A DNA stretch of 60,268 nucleotides, counting the filler, from Globobulimina sp. (lineage: Eukaryota), in the NCBI GenBank assembly GCA_003354225.1. It is 12 parts of 12 records of this genome, joined end to end, with 100 filler letters (N's around TTAATTAATTAA, not from the genome) between each part and the next. Parts side by side here need not be neighbours in the genome. Positions count along the whole stretch, not along the records: positions 30,225 to 35,153 come from PIVH01000837.1; positions 35,254 to 40,182 come from PIVH01000838.1; positions 40,283 to 45,206 come from PIVH01000839.1; positions 45,307 to 50,229 come from PIVH01000840.1; 8 more parts are not named here. One strand, given 5' to 3'. Every line of letters begins with the position of its first letter. Position 1 is the first letter of the stretch. Under the pieces are notes generated by a model, which saw only the letters and a list, made by a program, of their open reading frames with translations, was not told the origin of the DNA and made no database searches. Below, in pieces: positions 34,190-46,155 of this stretch. Position numbers and translations under genes: made by a program.

Positions 34190-35153
34190 TTAATATGTAG
34201 ATGTTCCGCCACTTAAATCATAACAAAAGCCCGTAGTATACGTATTTTCCTCCGACGCAATAAACGCCACAGTCCCGGCCAACTCCTCCATGTCAATGGC
34301 TCTCCCCATCGGCACTTTGCCTGCCTTCTCATACACTTCCTTTCCCAACTTATCCGTATGATACTCATCATATTGCGGAGCAATGCAATTCACCGTAATG
34401 CCCGTCCCCGCATATTCCTGCCCCAACGTTTTGGTCACATTAATAACCGCCGCCTTCGCCGCACTAAATGCCAAACACTTTGCATGTCCATTCTTGCCAT
34501 CCACATTCGCCAAATTCACAATGCGCCCATAACTCTCTTTCTTCATATACGGTATCACCGCATTGCACACATTCACAGTGGAATACAAATTTAATCGCAT
34601 TATCCGCTCAAACGACTCCGCTTTGAGGTCATGCGAATGCGTACAGCCATAATCGCGGCCAGTCGTATTCACGCAGTTAAGCACCACATCAATGTAACCC
34701 CTCTCCCCGACGATGCTATCAATGGCAGCCTGCGCCTGTCCGGCATCCGTCACATCGCATTTCTTATGAAACACTCGCTCTTTGAACCGCAATTTGCGCG
34801 GTTTCTGCGCCTTCGTTTTATTTTTATTCGACTTACTTAACTCATGGCACTCTGCGCGGTATCCCGCCATTGCTGCTTTATATTTGGCGTCATGCAATTC
34901 CCGCTGCACGTCGCTGATTGCATTTTCAGTCTCTTTCCATCGCACATTATCCAAAATATATATGATCCCACCTTCTTGCGCCAATCTATTCAAATAAAGC
35001 ATAAAAACGCTTTTTTGATTGGTTCAAACTGGGAAATATGAGCAAACCTTAAGGCGCATGCTTTGCCAATGCCTCTGCCACCACCGGTCACCACGCAAAC
35101 GTGATCTTTAAATCGTTTTGTTAGATTATGGAATGGCACGAATTTGGTCTGAT
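34190..35153 (-). CDS. Short-chain dehydrogenase/reductase (FabG-like), 5'-truncated, catalytic Tyr replaced
   Basis: TGGGRGIG on an upstream exon (intron 34986..35047), CDV, YGRIVN, FSAAK, GITVNCIAP, VPMGR and DLSGG. Confidence 0.9.
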
Positions 35154-35253
35154 NNNNNNNNNNNNNNNNNNNNNNNNNNNNNNNNNNNNNNNNNNNNTTA
35201 ATTAATTAANNNNNNNNNNNNNNNNNNNNNNNNNNNNNNNNNNNNNNNNNNNN

Positions 35254-38200
35254 CTTTCAACACATTAATAAACTGTTCTGCAGTAATCTGTTTTGTTGCG
35301 TTTGTATCAAAACATGACCATACATCTCGCCACAAAGCAATTATCTTAAACCTATGTTGGTTATTAAATAAGGTGCGATTTTCTTGAAATGCATCCAAAA
35401 CCACAGCAATCAGCAAATTGATCAAAAGCAATGTGCCAAACACAAAAAAGGAGATAAAGTAAACATAGACTTTAATTATCTCTGTCCTCTCTTTATATGA
35501 TTCTAAATATGCATAATAAATATCAGTCCATCCATCTTCTGTTCCGACACGAAATAATAAACTTATCGAACTGCCAAATGTGTCGAAATTAACTTCATCA
35601 TCAACAGCAGTTTTATAATCAGTTAACATTCGCATTCCAATGATTGAGAAAATGAAAAACGTGACAAATATTAATGAGCCGATATTAAATAATGATGGAA
35701 GCGAATATATTATTGTCCAAAACATAATTTTTAATGTTTTTGCTTTGTGCAACAATCGCAGCAATCTACCAATTCGAAATAATCTCAGTGCAGATATTCC
35801 TAAACCACTCTGACTGATTAAACCAATTAAACCGAGCAAAGATATGATAAAATCAAATTTATTCCAATTACTATAAATATAGGAAATAAAACCATATGCA
35901 ATAATTTTGGATATCGCTTCAATCACAAATATAATGACAAATATTGCATCGATAATATTCAGTACAAACGTAAACATTTCTGATTGGTTATAATGCTCAC
36001 AACTCATACTTACGGTGTTTAATATAATGCAAATCACAATGAATGCTTCAAAATAATTATTTTCCACAATTTTAAACATATAATATTTCAATTTATTTTG
36101 ATCTTTATATGGAACACTGATCAAAGTCTGGTCCAATGTTATTCGATTTAAAATGCGCTGATTATTTGTCCACGTGATTTGTTCTTCTGTTTTAAATATA
36201 GACCCGTCCTTTTCCGCTTTTATTTTATTAAAATTGTCGATCACCACCGAAATAATCAAATTCAGCGTAAAAAAAGAACATATGATGACGACAAATATAA
36301 AATATATCGCAAAAATGGGTTTATTATCTTTTCTTAATTTTTGGTTTATTTGATTGGGTGAATCTATTCCTTGATACATTATATTATGCCATCCGGATAA
36401 CGTTGATATGAGAAATAATGTGTGCATGGATTGGAAAATATTATCAAAATTATAGACAGATTGTCGCCATATGAACCCGTCAATGTTGTCACATTCATTT
36501 TTATTGTAAATATAGGCAATCTCGCTCTCATTATCTGTTAAATGAGAGGTGGAGGCACAGTGAGAATATAAGCCAGAGAACCAGTTAACGCCCGTTATTC
36601 CAAAGACATACCAGAACATTATGATAAATACAAAAGTATTTAATAGGCCGGGTATGGATTTTAATAAGGCACCGATTATAACCTTTATTGTCTTAAACCT
36701 TATCATAATACGTAACGGTCTAAACGCTCGCAATGCAGTCAAGAATGAAACATTTGGTAAACCCGTTCCTAAGACGGCAATAAAAACAACAAATGAATCC
36801 AAACGGTTCCAATTGGATGAAAAATATGATAACACATTGTCGTCTGTCAAATCAATTGATTTTAATATTTTTATTAAATCATCAGCCAGTTCTAATTGCG
36901 TATTATTGTTTAGTTCGGGATGCCATACTACAAACTCTCCAGTGTCGATATTATTTAATTTGTAGCAACTCGCAAAGCTTCCATTATAATATACGATTCG
37001 CAGTAATTGTATGCCCCAAAATTGAATGATTGCATAGCCATCATTGGACTCAATACATTCAATCACTAAGCCCGGAAAGTTTAATATTTCTCCATTTAAA
37101 TAGTTCATAAATCGAATGCTTTTAAAAGCAGTGTCTGTCCAACCGGTTAAACTTGCGTCGTCTGTGATTTTTGTCCATTTTCTTTTTTGCCGTCCCCAAA
37201 ATGACCATTCTTTTTGAAATAAACCAAATGCAATTATTTTAATCAAAAATTCCAAAATGAAGATAATTGTCAAGAAAATGTTAACAACATTAAATAATTT
37301 CTTATATGTTTCATTTTGTAGCGTTTGTTTATTTTCAAGAGCCAGAAATACGCAATTCAGCAATATCAAAATATTGATAATTATTTCAAACAAAGGTGCG
37401 GTGGCAATTTTATGTGCAAATATTCTGAATTTATTTGTGTTGCTAAAAATTAATAATGATTTTGATTTCGGTATTTCATGTTTGTTTGTTTTGAGATAAT
37501 GCTTTTTCCATTTTTTTTGTTTGTTTTTTAATAATTTTCTGTACTGAATCATTTCGACGCGGATCAGTAATCTCTGAACTTGGTCTTCAATCTCAATGCG
37601 TTGCGCAAACATAGTTATTGAGTCCTTTACTAAACAGTCCATTTTTGTTGATTCCGATGTCCATGACATACGACTCAGTAATAAGGCAATAAACACATTC
37701 ATTACAATAAAAGTACCAAAAACAAATAATAATATAAAATATAGACATGATATTTTGGAATTGGTCGCTTTAACGGTATCATACATTATTTCGTTCCACG
37801 AATCGCCACTCACGACCATGAATACATTTATTACCGACCAAAAAAAGCTGTCAAATCTCCATCGTCCACCTCTTTCCTCCCCCAATTCGATCAGACGACC
37901 ACCAAACAATGACATGCCTAACACAGAAAAAGTAAATAAAAATATGGAAAGTAATAATGTCAATATAATTACTTCGCCAATCGAGTCAATCACAACCATG
38001 AATAACCGATGCAAATTGTCATATTTATTTAATATTTTAAACACACGAATCGCTCTGAAACACCGAAATGACGCAATGACTGCTAAATTATTTGACGATT
38101 TAAATATTAATTCAGCCGCAGCTATCACAATAACAAAAAAATCAAATCTGTTCCAATTGCTTCGAAAATAGGATTTATATCCAACACCGATGATTTTTAA

Positions 38201-40182
38201 TATGCATTCGACTGCGAATATTGAATTACAAAACAGATTAATGTCTTCAACAATATTTTCCCACTTTTTACTCATTGCAGGATAAACAATGGATAAACTG
38301 ATGGTGTTCAAAATAATTACACATAAAATGAACATTGAAAAATAGTCAGAAACAACAACTGCATTTATCAACTTTACAAATGTGCCATGTTGATTGATAT
38401 AATAAACCCAATCTGGCTCTTCATTCGCTGAATGGATTGCAGTCCGCACTAAAATCTCGTTTTCCTTTTTTTGCTGCCTTGTTCGCAGTTGTATGTTTTT
38501 GATTTCTTCACTGTTTTCATCATAAAATTCATTCGGATTTCGAAGGTCTGACATAGACACATTCAGAAAAGACGTATTGTTATTTTTGTTAATCATTGCT
38601 TGTTGGTCTGGTTCTTCTTGTTTTTCGTCATCAATGACAAATGAATACAATCTCATTCTGGATAACGATGAACCAATTTTGTTGGAACTATTCCGAGCAG
38701 CAAACATTGGAAGATTGCAAATTTTGGGCGGTAAAGTTGGTAAATGTTTTGCTGAAATGGTTACTTTCTTCGATGTATGTGTTATTGTGTTGATATTGTA
38801 ATTTTCGTCAGTTATTACAAAATCATTGACATTCACATCGCACTGATCTGAAACTGTCAATCTGTACATTGATTGCACGAATGATTTTGATCCTACTCCC
38901 AATTTTCTGTTCAAACCAATGGAGGATTTCGTCCTTGTAAGCCTTCTTTGATCGTGGTGGTCTTTCTTAGAATGAAAGTTTCGATTTGCATTTGCTGCTT
39001 GAATGAATATACTCAGTGCTGGTTCTTTGCTGTTTGAACCGCCATCAATTGATGTCCAAATTTTATTTGTTTCTAATTTGGCGCGTGCTCTATGATTATT
39101 TTCTTCTCCCTCAGCGGCATTATTGTCTTTGTACTGCTCCATCTCAGCCCTGTAAACAGACTCAATAACAGCTATATAATCATATATTATAATTATAATT
39201 ACAAAGATAAATAAATAAAATAAATAACTAACCTAAAAATAAATTGATGACAAAGAATCCAACGATTAATGTTAGTAAAACGAAATATATCCAACAAAAA
39301 GCTGAACCGGTGGCTTGAAGCATATATTGAATAGAAACCCATCCTTTTTGTGATGTTGTTTGAAACAAAACAGTATATAATATACAGCATACAATACACT
39401 TTGGTATTTTAAGACATAACGTAAGAAATGAAAATAAATACCTTCTAATGATACAGTGATGAATACGTTTAACATCGCATATATAAAATTGTCAAAACCG
39501 GTTAAACCGTTATTTGGATTTGGTGCAATTTGTAAACACCAGGGGAAATCTGTGGGACATCCATTATTTTTGTTAGTTCCAACATCATAGCAAAGGTTCT
39601 CTCCATTTACAAAATGCAATTCATTGTTTAACCACAGCTGTTGCCCATTGTTGTCATATTCGGTGAAGTTATGGCTGAAACATTGTTGATGTAACAATCC
39701 ATTAAAGAGCTGTACGCCAAACATTGCAAACAACACAAAAAAAAACAATGATAGTAAGGCAACCTCAGTTAAACCCCGAATGGATAATAAAATTGTGGTA
39801 ATCAATAATTTCAATTTTTTTATTTTTGTGACGGTTCTTAATGGACGTAATACTCTCAATACTCTGATTGCTGTTAAATTATTGGATTTTGCGTCAAGAG
39901 GAAGGAACTCAATCCACGAAGTCAGCACAATGACAAAGTCTAATAAATTCCAATTATCTCGGAAATATCCAACATGATGCTTACTATCTGCCTCTTTAAC
40001 AAATAAACCATTACAAAACATTTTAATCACCATTTCAACCGTAAATATCATACAAAAGACAGTTTCCGAGACGTTGACAATTCTATTTATTTAAATTAGT
40101 ATTTTATAAATATGGCTCTTTTCGTAAAAACGTTACCTTTTTGAATTGTACTCTGTTTGTTTGCTTTGATTTATAACTAGTC
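35254..40182 (-). CDS. Four-domain voltage-gated Na+/Ca2+ channel alpha subunit (both ends truncated)
   Basis: Four 6-TM repeats with S4 motifs (IRVLRVLRPLR, FRCFRAIRVFK, LRAFRPLR, LRLFRIGRLLR), WNxFD motifs, P-loops and a C-terminal EF-hand-like WSCFD. Introns 40083..40136, 39344..39441 and 39172..39232. Confidence 0.95.
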
Positions 40183-40282
40183 NNNNNNNNNNNNNNNNNN
40201 NNNNNNNNNNNNNNNNNNNNNNNNNNTTAATTAATTAANNNNNNNNNNNNNNNNNNNNNNNNNNNNNNNNNNNNNNNNNNNN

Positions 40283-40616
40283 GGGCTCATCGGACAGTGT
40301 GTTGCCTGGCGAGCATACCACACCGGAAAAGCCGGAGGATGGCAATGGGGATAGTCAGGAGACGGAGACAAAGGCGAAGGAGAAGGAAAATGAGGAGATT
40401 GTGAATGATGAAAAATATCATGAGAATGATTTAGAAATACCAGAAATCGCGAAACCAGAAGCAACTGTAATCGCAACTAATGAACAAGAACAAGAACAGG
40501 AACAAGAGATTAATGTAGAGGATGAGTTGGAGAATGAACAAGATGCAAATAAGAATATATTAGCTAATGATGAGAATGATAATGAGGATAAACAATTAGA
40601 TTCAAATCAGTTATAA
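40283..40616 (+). CDS. Acidic low-complexity C-terminus of a truncated gene
   Basis: Glu/Asn/Asp-rich open frame from the contig edge to TAA 40616. Confidence 0.6.
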
Positions 40617-40620
40617 TGTT

Positions 40621-41133
40621 TTAATCATACGCAATAAAAACACTTTTCCGCGGGAGATGATTGACGGAAGTCGAATAATGACCTTTTCCATTTGTATCTT
40701 TGACCATAAATACTTGTCCAGTTTTTAATATGATTGAATTACCGTCACTTGTAGTAATATGAACCGGTGCATCTAGATTGACAATAAATTGTTTTCTTGG
40801 CGCAGTGTGCCAAGCATAATTGTAATTACTTGGCGTTGTTCGGAATTTAAATGATTTAACAGGGATTTCAGCTGATAGCTTGCCAATATCTCCTTTGTCT
40901 TTTAAATTAAAATACTGTTTGGTAATGTATGATGATCCATCTTCATTACATGATATGACTGGTACTTCCCATTTATTATTTTCAATTCGGTTAACATCTT
41001 GTTGTGTATCCACTGCTTTAGCCATTAATTTTCTATGTATGGTTAGTCCAATTACTACACCTACGGCAGTGCATGCAATCCATTTACATGATGCACAGAT
41101 ATCAAATGAATATGATTTGTCTCGAATTGACAT
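40621..41133 (-). CDS. Cupin-fold protein with N-terminal membrane anchor
   Basis: WHTAPRKQFIVNL...SDG...GQVFMVKDTNGKGH matches a small bacterial-type cupin family. TM segment WIACTAVGVVIGLTI. Confidence 0.8.
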   Translation of the reverse strand: MSIRDKSYSFDICASCKWIACTAVGVVIGLTIHRKLMAKAVDTQQDVNRIENNKWEVPVISCNEDGSSYITKQYFNLKDKGDIGKLSAEIPVKSFKFRTTPSNYNYAWHTAPRKQFIVNLDAPVHITTSDGNSIILKTGQVFMVKDTNGKGHYSTSVNHLPRKSVFIAYD

Positions 41134-41200
41134 GCTCAGAATTCGAGGTTTTTCTGACGCTGAAAAAAACTAAACATTCCCACATTTCCCCCGAGAAACA

Positions 41201-43487
41201 ATGAGCACCGCAACAGACTCGAATCTCATTGCGCTACGAATATATGTCAATACAGACTTTGAGGAAACGAAATCATTTGATGGCACAAAAGATATTTTGA
41301 AAATAGCTGAGGTATCACGAGATGAGATTAAATTGGATACATTGCAACAGACAATCAAACATCATTCATTTTTAGGTGAAAAATGGGTAAATGATCTACT
41401 GAGAAGTGACGAATATATTTGCAAATTAGCATCATTTGAGTATCCAGAAATTGCAATTGATGGAGATGATGAATTGCGCGATGAAATTGAAACATTCGTT
41501 GATTTAGACGCTGGAACGGAAGAATACGACATTACTGATACAGCCACTTGTTGTAAATTACGAATGTATTTTAAGAAAATCAAAGAATATCCACAGATTG
41601 AATATGATTCGTCGCCGGGGATTCCAGATAATGATGATTATAATAATGAGAGTAAGAACAGTAATGATGAATTATCGGATTCACATATTGCTGAAGAAAG
41701 TGAAAACGAAGAATGGGAATGTTCAAAATGTACATTTTTAAATACAGGAACATCATCACATTGTGAAATTTGTCAAAATAATAAAAACAGTCAAAATAAT
41801 GGAAATAATATGATGGAAACAACAGATGTTTGGGAATGGAAAGGAGATATTCAATCTGCAGACAATCATATGTTTAATGGACCATCACCGTCACTTTTGG
41901 AACCAGCTCCTACGCATTCTTTCAGTACACCCAATACGATTTGTGACGAGCCATTGGAGCATAAGAATGATTTGCAAGTTGCTCGACTGCACATTGCTGA
42001 TATAGCATGTAATTCGTGTAATTTTAAATTAGGACAACATAAATTGTATTTTTGTGATAACTGTGAGTCAGATAAGATTTATTGCATAGAATGCGGACCT
42101 TTTTCACATCGTTCTGCCACAGGAAAGGATCATAAATGGGGTGTGGGTGTTGTTGAAATACCAATTATAAATTCCAGTAACTATCAAGTTATGTGACCTA
42201 TATCGCATATCATATTTTATCTTATTATAATTATACAGGATGGCGCGAACTACATTATTAATTTACTTGGTGCTGAAAGATATAACAATGTAATTGTACC
42301 CCAACTTCGCGTATTCTCAAAAACAGTACTCACTGTTAACAGCGCTGCGGCAGTAATGAACAATGGCAAAAATATGTATTTAGCATACAATCTTAGTAAA
42401 GCCTCCACCGCGGCAGTTTCAGCAGCCAACAAATTTGGTAACGCCGCAATGAAAGCGATCAAAACTCAAAGTGACGTGGCCAAAGCAGCAAAACATGCAT
42501 TGCAAGCAGCAAATGACGCAAAAGATGCTGTGTGCCATGCACAAGAAATGCGCGAAATATATACTGTTGCGTCTGACCATAATCCATTTTATTGGCTATA
42601 CAATTGGCTCTATAAAGATCACGCAGACGAAGCTGTTACAATCTATAAGGAAGCAGTAGCAGCGAGGGAGTTGGCACATAGTAAAGCTGCCGAATATGCC
42701 AAACAGTCTTTACAGGCACGCAATGTCGCAGCCTCTGCACAGCAAAAGGTACGGAAATATTTATATAAAATATAAATATATTACACTTGCATGCTAGGCA
42801 CAATTAGCAAAACAATTCGCAGAGTCAAAGGGAGCAGAAGCGACTACCGCCGCAGCAGTAGCTCAAGATTCAATGAAACTGAGTAATACTTTAAAATCTG
42901 CTGCGTATGTCACTGCAGGATTGACTGTGCTCGAAATGTTTGTTCATGGATATAAATATGGAAGGAACCAAATTTCTGGTCGTGAATTTTGTAGATTATC
43001 AGGAAAATCATTAAGTCGTAATACTGCTTCAATGGTAGGGACTGCGATTGGTACACAAATCGGGGTATTGGCTGGCAGTCAATTGGGCAGTGTGTTGGGT
43101 GATAGTATATGCCCTGGATTTGGTGCAATTGCTGGTACCGGAGTTGGTTTGCTCGGTGCGATGTTTTTAAGTTGGAAACTTGGAGCATACGCAGAAGATC
43201 TGTATGAAAGAGCATTCCCGCCAAGAAATGAGGTGATTCATGAAGCGTTGATATATTTTCATTTCACTGAAGAAGATATTGATAATCCACAAGTTTTTAA
43301 TTTGAAACGGATCAAAAAGGAATATAAAAATGCTGCTTTACTTGCACATCCTGATAAGAATGATGGCAGTCATACAAAATGGAACATATTGTCCACAAAC
43401 TATGGCATTTTGATGGGTTTGTTAGAACAAAACAACCAAAATAAAAAAATTGTAAAAGATTCGGTGATTCAGAGTTTACAGCAATAA
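41201..43487 (+). CDS. NZF zinc finger / B-box / Ala-rich helical / glycine-zipper / C-terminal DnaJ-domain protein, 3 exons
   Basis: WECSKCTFLN...CEIC; CNSC...FCDNC...CIEC...H...H; GxxxG repeats; YKNAALLAHPDK. Introns 42188..42238 and 42749..42797 are in phase. Confidence 0.85.
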
Positions 43488-43859
43488 AATTTATTATAAG
43501 AATAGATTAACTATATTTCCATTAATTAATTACTAAGAACATATGCAATTGCCAATGAGATAAAGTATTGATACGCAAATAGCTAATTTAAGCGAGTGAA
43601 TATTAGCAATTCTATTTTTCTTTTTTTTATGTGTTCTAATTCCACTGTGTTGTAATGACTAGATGTTACTGCTTTTTCTATCAATTAGTTACGATGATGG
43701 GGAGAGTAACATAGTTAATATAATATTTATTTATATAATATTAAGTTGATTATGTTGGTCAATGTCACGACAATGTGCAGCTGTCACATTAAATTTTTTT
43801 ACCATGCTAATTCGCACTACATTTCACTTGTAAGTTGGTATCTAACCTCAATCAATTCA

Positions 43860-44861
43860 ATGTCAACTAAATGTATTACTATTATGATTTTAAACATTTT
43901 ATCAATGAGTACCTGCAGTAACATGAGCCTAGTAATAGGTTCAGATGATTTATCAACTCACATCTATCAATGGTTACCATTAAGTGAATTAGTAAACAAA
44001 TATTTAAATCCGGAAAACATTCGTTTTAAGAAAGTTGCAGAGTATGTACTGAAACAAAGAGATTCAGAAACTGTAAATAATACCATACACTCTCACGATT
44101 ACACAAGATTAATAAATGCATTTATGAGAGAAGAAAAACAAAACGGTACAATTGGCTGTGCAGCAAAAAGATTAAAGTTTGATCAGAATTTGAAAAAACA
44201 AATCAAAACAACATATTCAAACATGATTTGTCCAATGATTAGAGAAAGAATAGAATGCAAGAGGTTCGGTTGGTTTTTAATATTAATTATAAACAAGAAA
44301 ACGTTTTTAAATCAAGATTTGTTACAATATTTGGAAATTGCTGACCGTACATTTAAAATTCCAATATTATCTGTCGTTGAATTAGAAGGTAATAATTTAG
44401 ATTCATTACAAAAGTTTTTATTTCAACGTACTGTATATTTATCAATTGCGGATAATAAGTTTACGCGATTAGATCATGACACATTTGGTATGCCATTCTC
44501 TTTGGGGCAGGTTGATGTTTCTAATAATCCAATTCAAGGAGCTATTGATTTCAATGCATGCAATTCTACTCTTACAATGACAGTGTTTTTTACTATGAAG
44601 GGGTGCAAATATGTCACAAGACTTGTAAACATACCCAATGCATTGCAAAATCTTAACATTTTTGATTCAGGGATTACATCGCCAGATCAATTAATATTTG
44701 AAAATGAAATTGGGTTAATATCTATTACAACCAATCGGAATCAAACAAAACAATGGAAAACGTTTTTCCTTCAAAATGGCACAGATGTGCGGGTTTGTGA
44801 TTATGGGCTGGATTCTGATGTAGTAACTATATATATTTATGCCAGCATTTGGGTCTGTTAA
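43860..44861 (+). CDS. Leucine-rich repeat protein, putative signal peptide
   Basis: LEGNNLDSL, LSIADNKF, VDVSNNPI and LNIFDSGI. Paralogous to 59474..60268. Confidence 0.8.
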   Translation: MSTKCITIMILNILSMSTCSNMSLVIGSDDLSTHIYQWLPLSELVNKYLNPENIRFKKVAEYVLKQRDSETVNNTIHSHDYTRLINAFMREEKQNGTIGCAAKRLKFDQNLKKQIKTTYSNMICPMIRERIECKRFGWFLILIINKKTFLNQDLLQYLEIADRTFKIPILSVVELEGNNLDSLQKFLFQRTVYLSIADNKFTRLDHDTFGMPFSLGQVDVSNNPIQGAIDFNACNSTLTMTVFFTMKGCKYVTRLVNIPNALQNLNIFDSGITSPDQLIFENEIGLISITTNRNQTKQWKTFFLQNGTDVRVCDYGLDSDVVTIYIYASIWVC

Positions 44862-45015
44862 CAGTGCTTTTGTGGTGCGTCTAAATTACTCGTTGGGTTT
44901 CATGGTGACACAAGTGACTTTAGTTCTGTTGATATAAAGCTTTCTCTCTTTGTTGCAAACTTGTGAAAATGCTGCGCTTCTTATTTTCCACTGAACTAAA
45001 GTTTTTGAAACGAAA

Positions 45016-45206
45016 ATGGCAACTCTACATGCGTTTGCTTCATTGTTTCTATCTGCAATCATTGCGTTAGTTTATGGCAAAACAGAAATATTAATTGGTC
45101 AAAATTATCAAACAGAATTTGAGTCTTACGTAAGTGCTGCAGGTGCACCAGATGGTGCATCGTTTTATACAACTTTTAAAACACCATCAGCATTCCAAGG
45201 TATATA
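45016..45206 (+). CDS. Secreted protein N-terminus, GH26-like glycoside hydrolase candidate (truncated)
   Basis: Signal peptide, then ILIGQ-x8-Y-x6-PDGASFY, resembling the first strands of GH26 beta-1,3-xylanase-like enzymes. Only 63 codons are visible. Confidence 0.45.
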
Positions 45207-45422
45207 NNNNNNNNNNNNNNNNNNNNNNNNNNNNNNNNNNNNNNNNNNNNTTAATTAATTAANNNNNNNNNNNNNNNNNNNNNNNNNNNNNNNNNNNNNN
45301 NNNNNNAGATGTTTCGTATGTACACCGCTATCGTAGTTTAAAAATCCAATCTCGGCTAGAAGTGACTGTAAAAGTGACATGCTTTCAAATGTTAAGCCTC
45401 CGAACTTAAATGGCAGTAGTCA

Positions 45423-45830
45423 ATTAAGGCGGCGAGAATAAGAAAAGCAAAGCTGTCATATATTCAGGCGGCGAGTATCTAGCATATAATTGTCGCTTAG
45501 CTCAAGAAGAGCACTGAGCACTGGAATGGATGGACATGTCCAGAAGATTCAGGTGCAAATACTGAGGCGATCCCAAAGACCCAAACCAAATAAAAAGGAA
45601 TTATTTAATTGATTGGGAATTAAAAATGGTAAATGGATGAAAAAGGATTGATTGAATTGGATGGATTGAGAGGAGAAATAAAGAAAAAAATAGTTTTGGA
45701 TGAATTTGATGAAAATGAAATGTTTGATGGTTTTGATGATGGCGTATTGTATGGCCATCATCACCATCACAAACCACACAAAATGACAAACATTTTCATT
45801 TTTTGTTTTGTTTTGTGCGTTTTGTTTTGT
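45423..45830 (+). mobile_element. tRNA-related SINE-like element, left copy (2 hairpin units, tRNA-like module 45491..45571, conserved tail 45739..45830)
   Basis: TAGCTCAAGAAGAGC (A-box-like) and GGTGCAAATAC (degenerate B box). The modules are shared with the opposite-strand copy. Confidence 0.6.
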
Positions 45831-45991
45831 CAGATCTTATCCTTGCACAAATAAAAAATGTCTGTTGATGTATCAATTAACAAACTCAAATAAAATCACA
45901 TAAAAACGCACAAAACGCACAAAACAAAAAATTAAAATGTTTGTCATTTTGTGTGGTTTGTGATGGTGAAGATGTCCATACAATACGCCAT
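45739..45991. repeat. Long inverted repeat (~85-bp arms, ~75-nt spacer)
   Basis: ATGGCGTATTGTATGGCCATCATCACCATCACAAACCACACAAAATGACAAACATTTT at 45739 and its reverse complement ending at 45991, with 3 mismatches in the first ~70 nt. Confidence 0.95.
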
Positions 45992-46133
45992 TTCTCGACG
46001 CCTTAATATATAACGGCTTTTCCTTTCTCATTCTCACCGCCTTAATATATGGCGGATTCTTTCTCATTATCGCCGTCTTAATATATGACGGGATTCTTTC
46101 TCATTATCGCCGCCTTAATACGTGACGGCATTG
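45991..46133. repeat. Four tandem 33-37 bp units, each containing a stem-loop
   Basis: Units start at 45991, 46024, 46060 and 46097. Consensus TTTCTCATT(A/C)TCGCCGCCTTAATATATGRCGG-ATTC. Confidence 0.92.
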
Positions 46134-46155
46134 CATCCCATCCAAATCGATATCG

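Noticed and set aside
45991-46133. CRISPR array
   Set aside because: The units abut with no unique spacers, there are no cas genes, and the context is eukaryotic.
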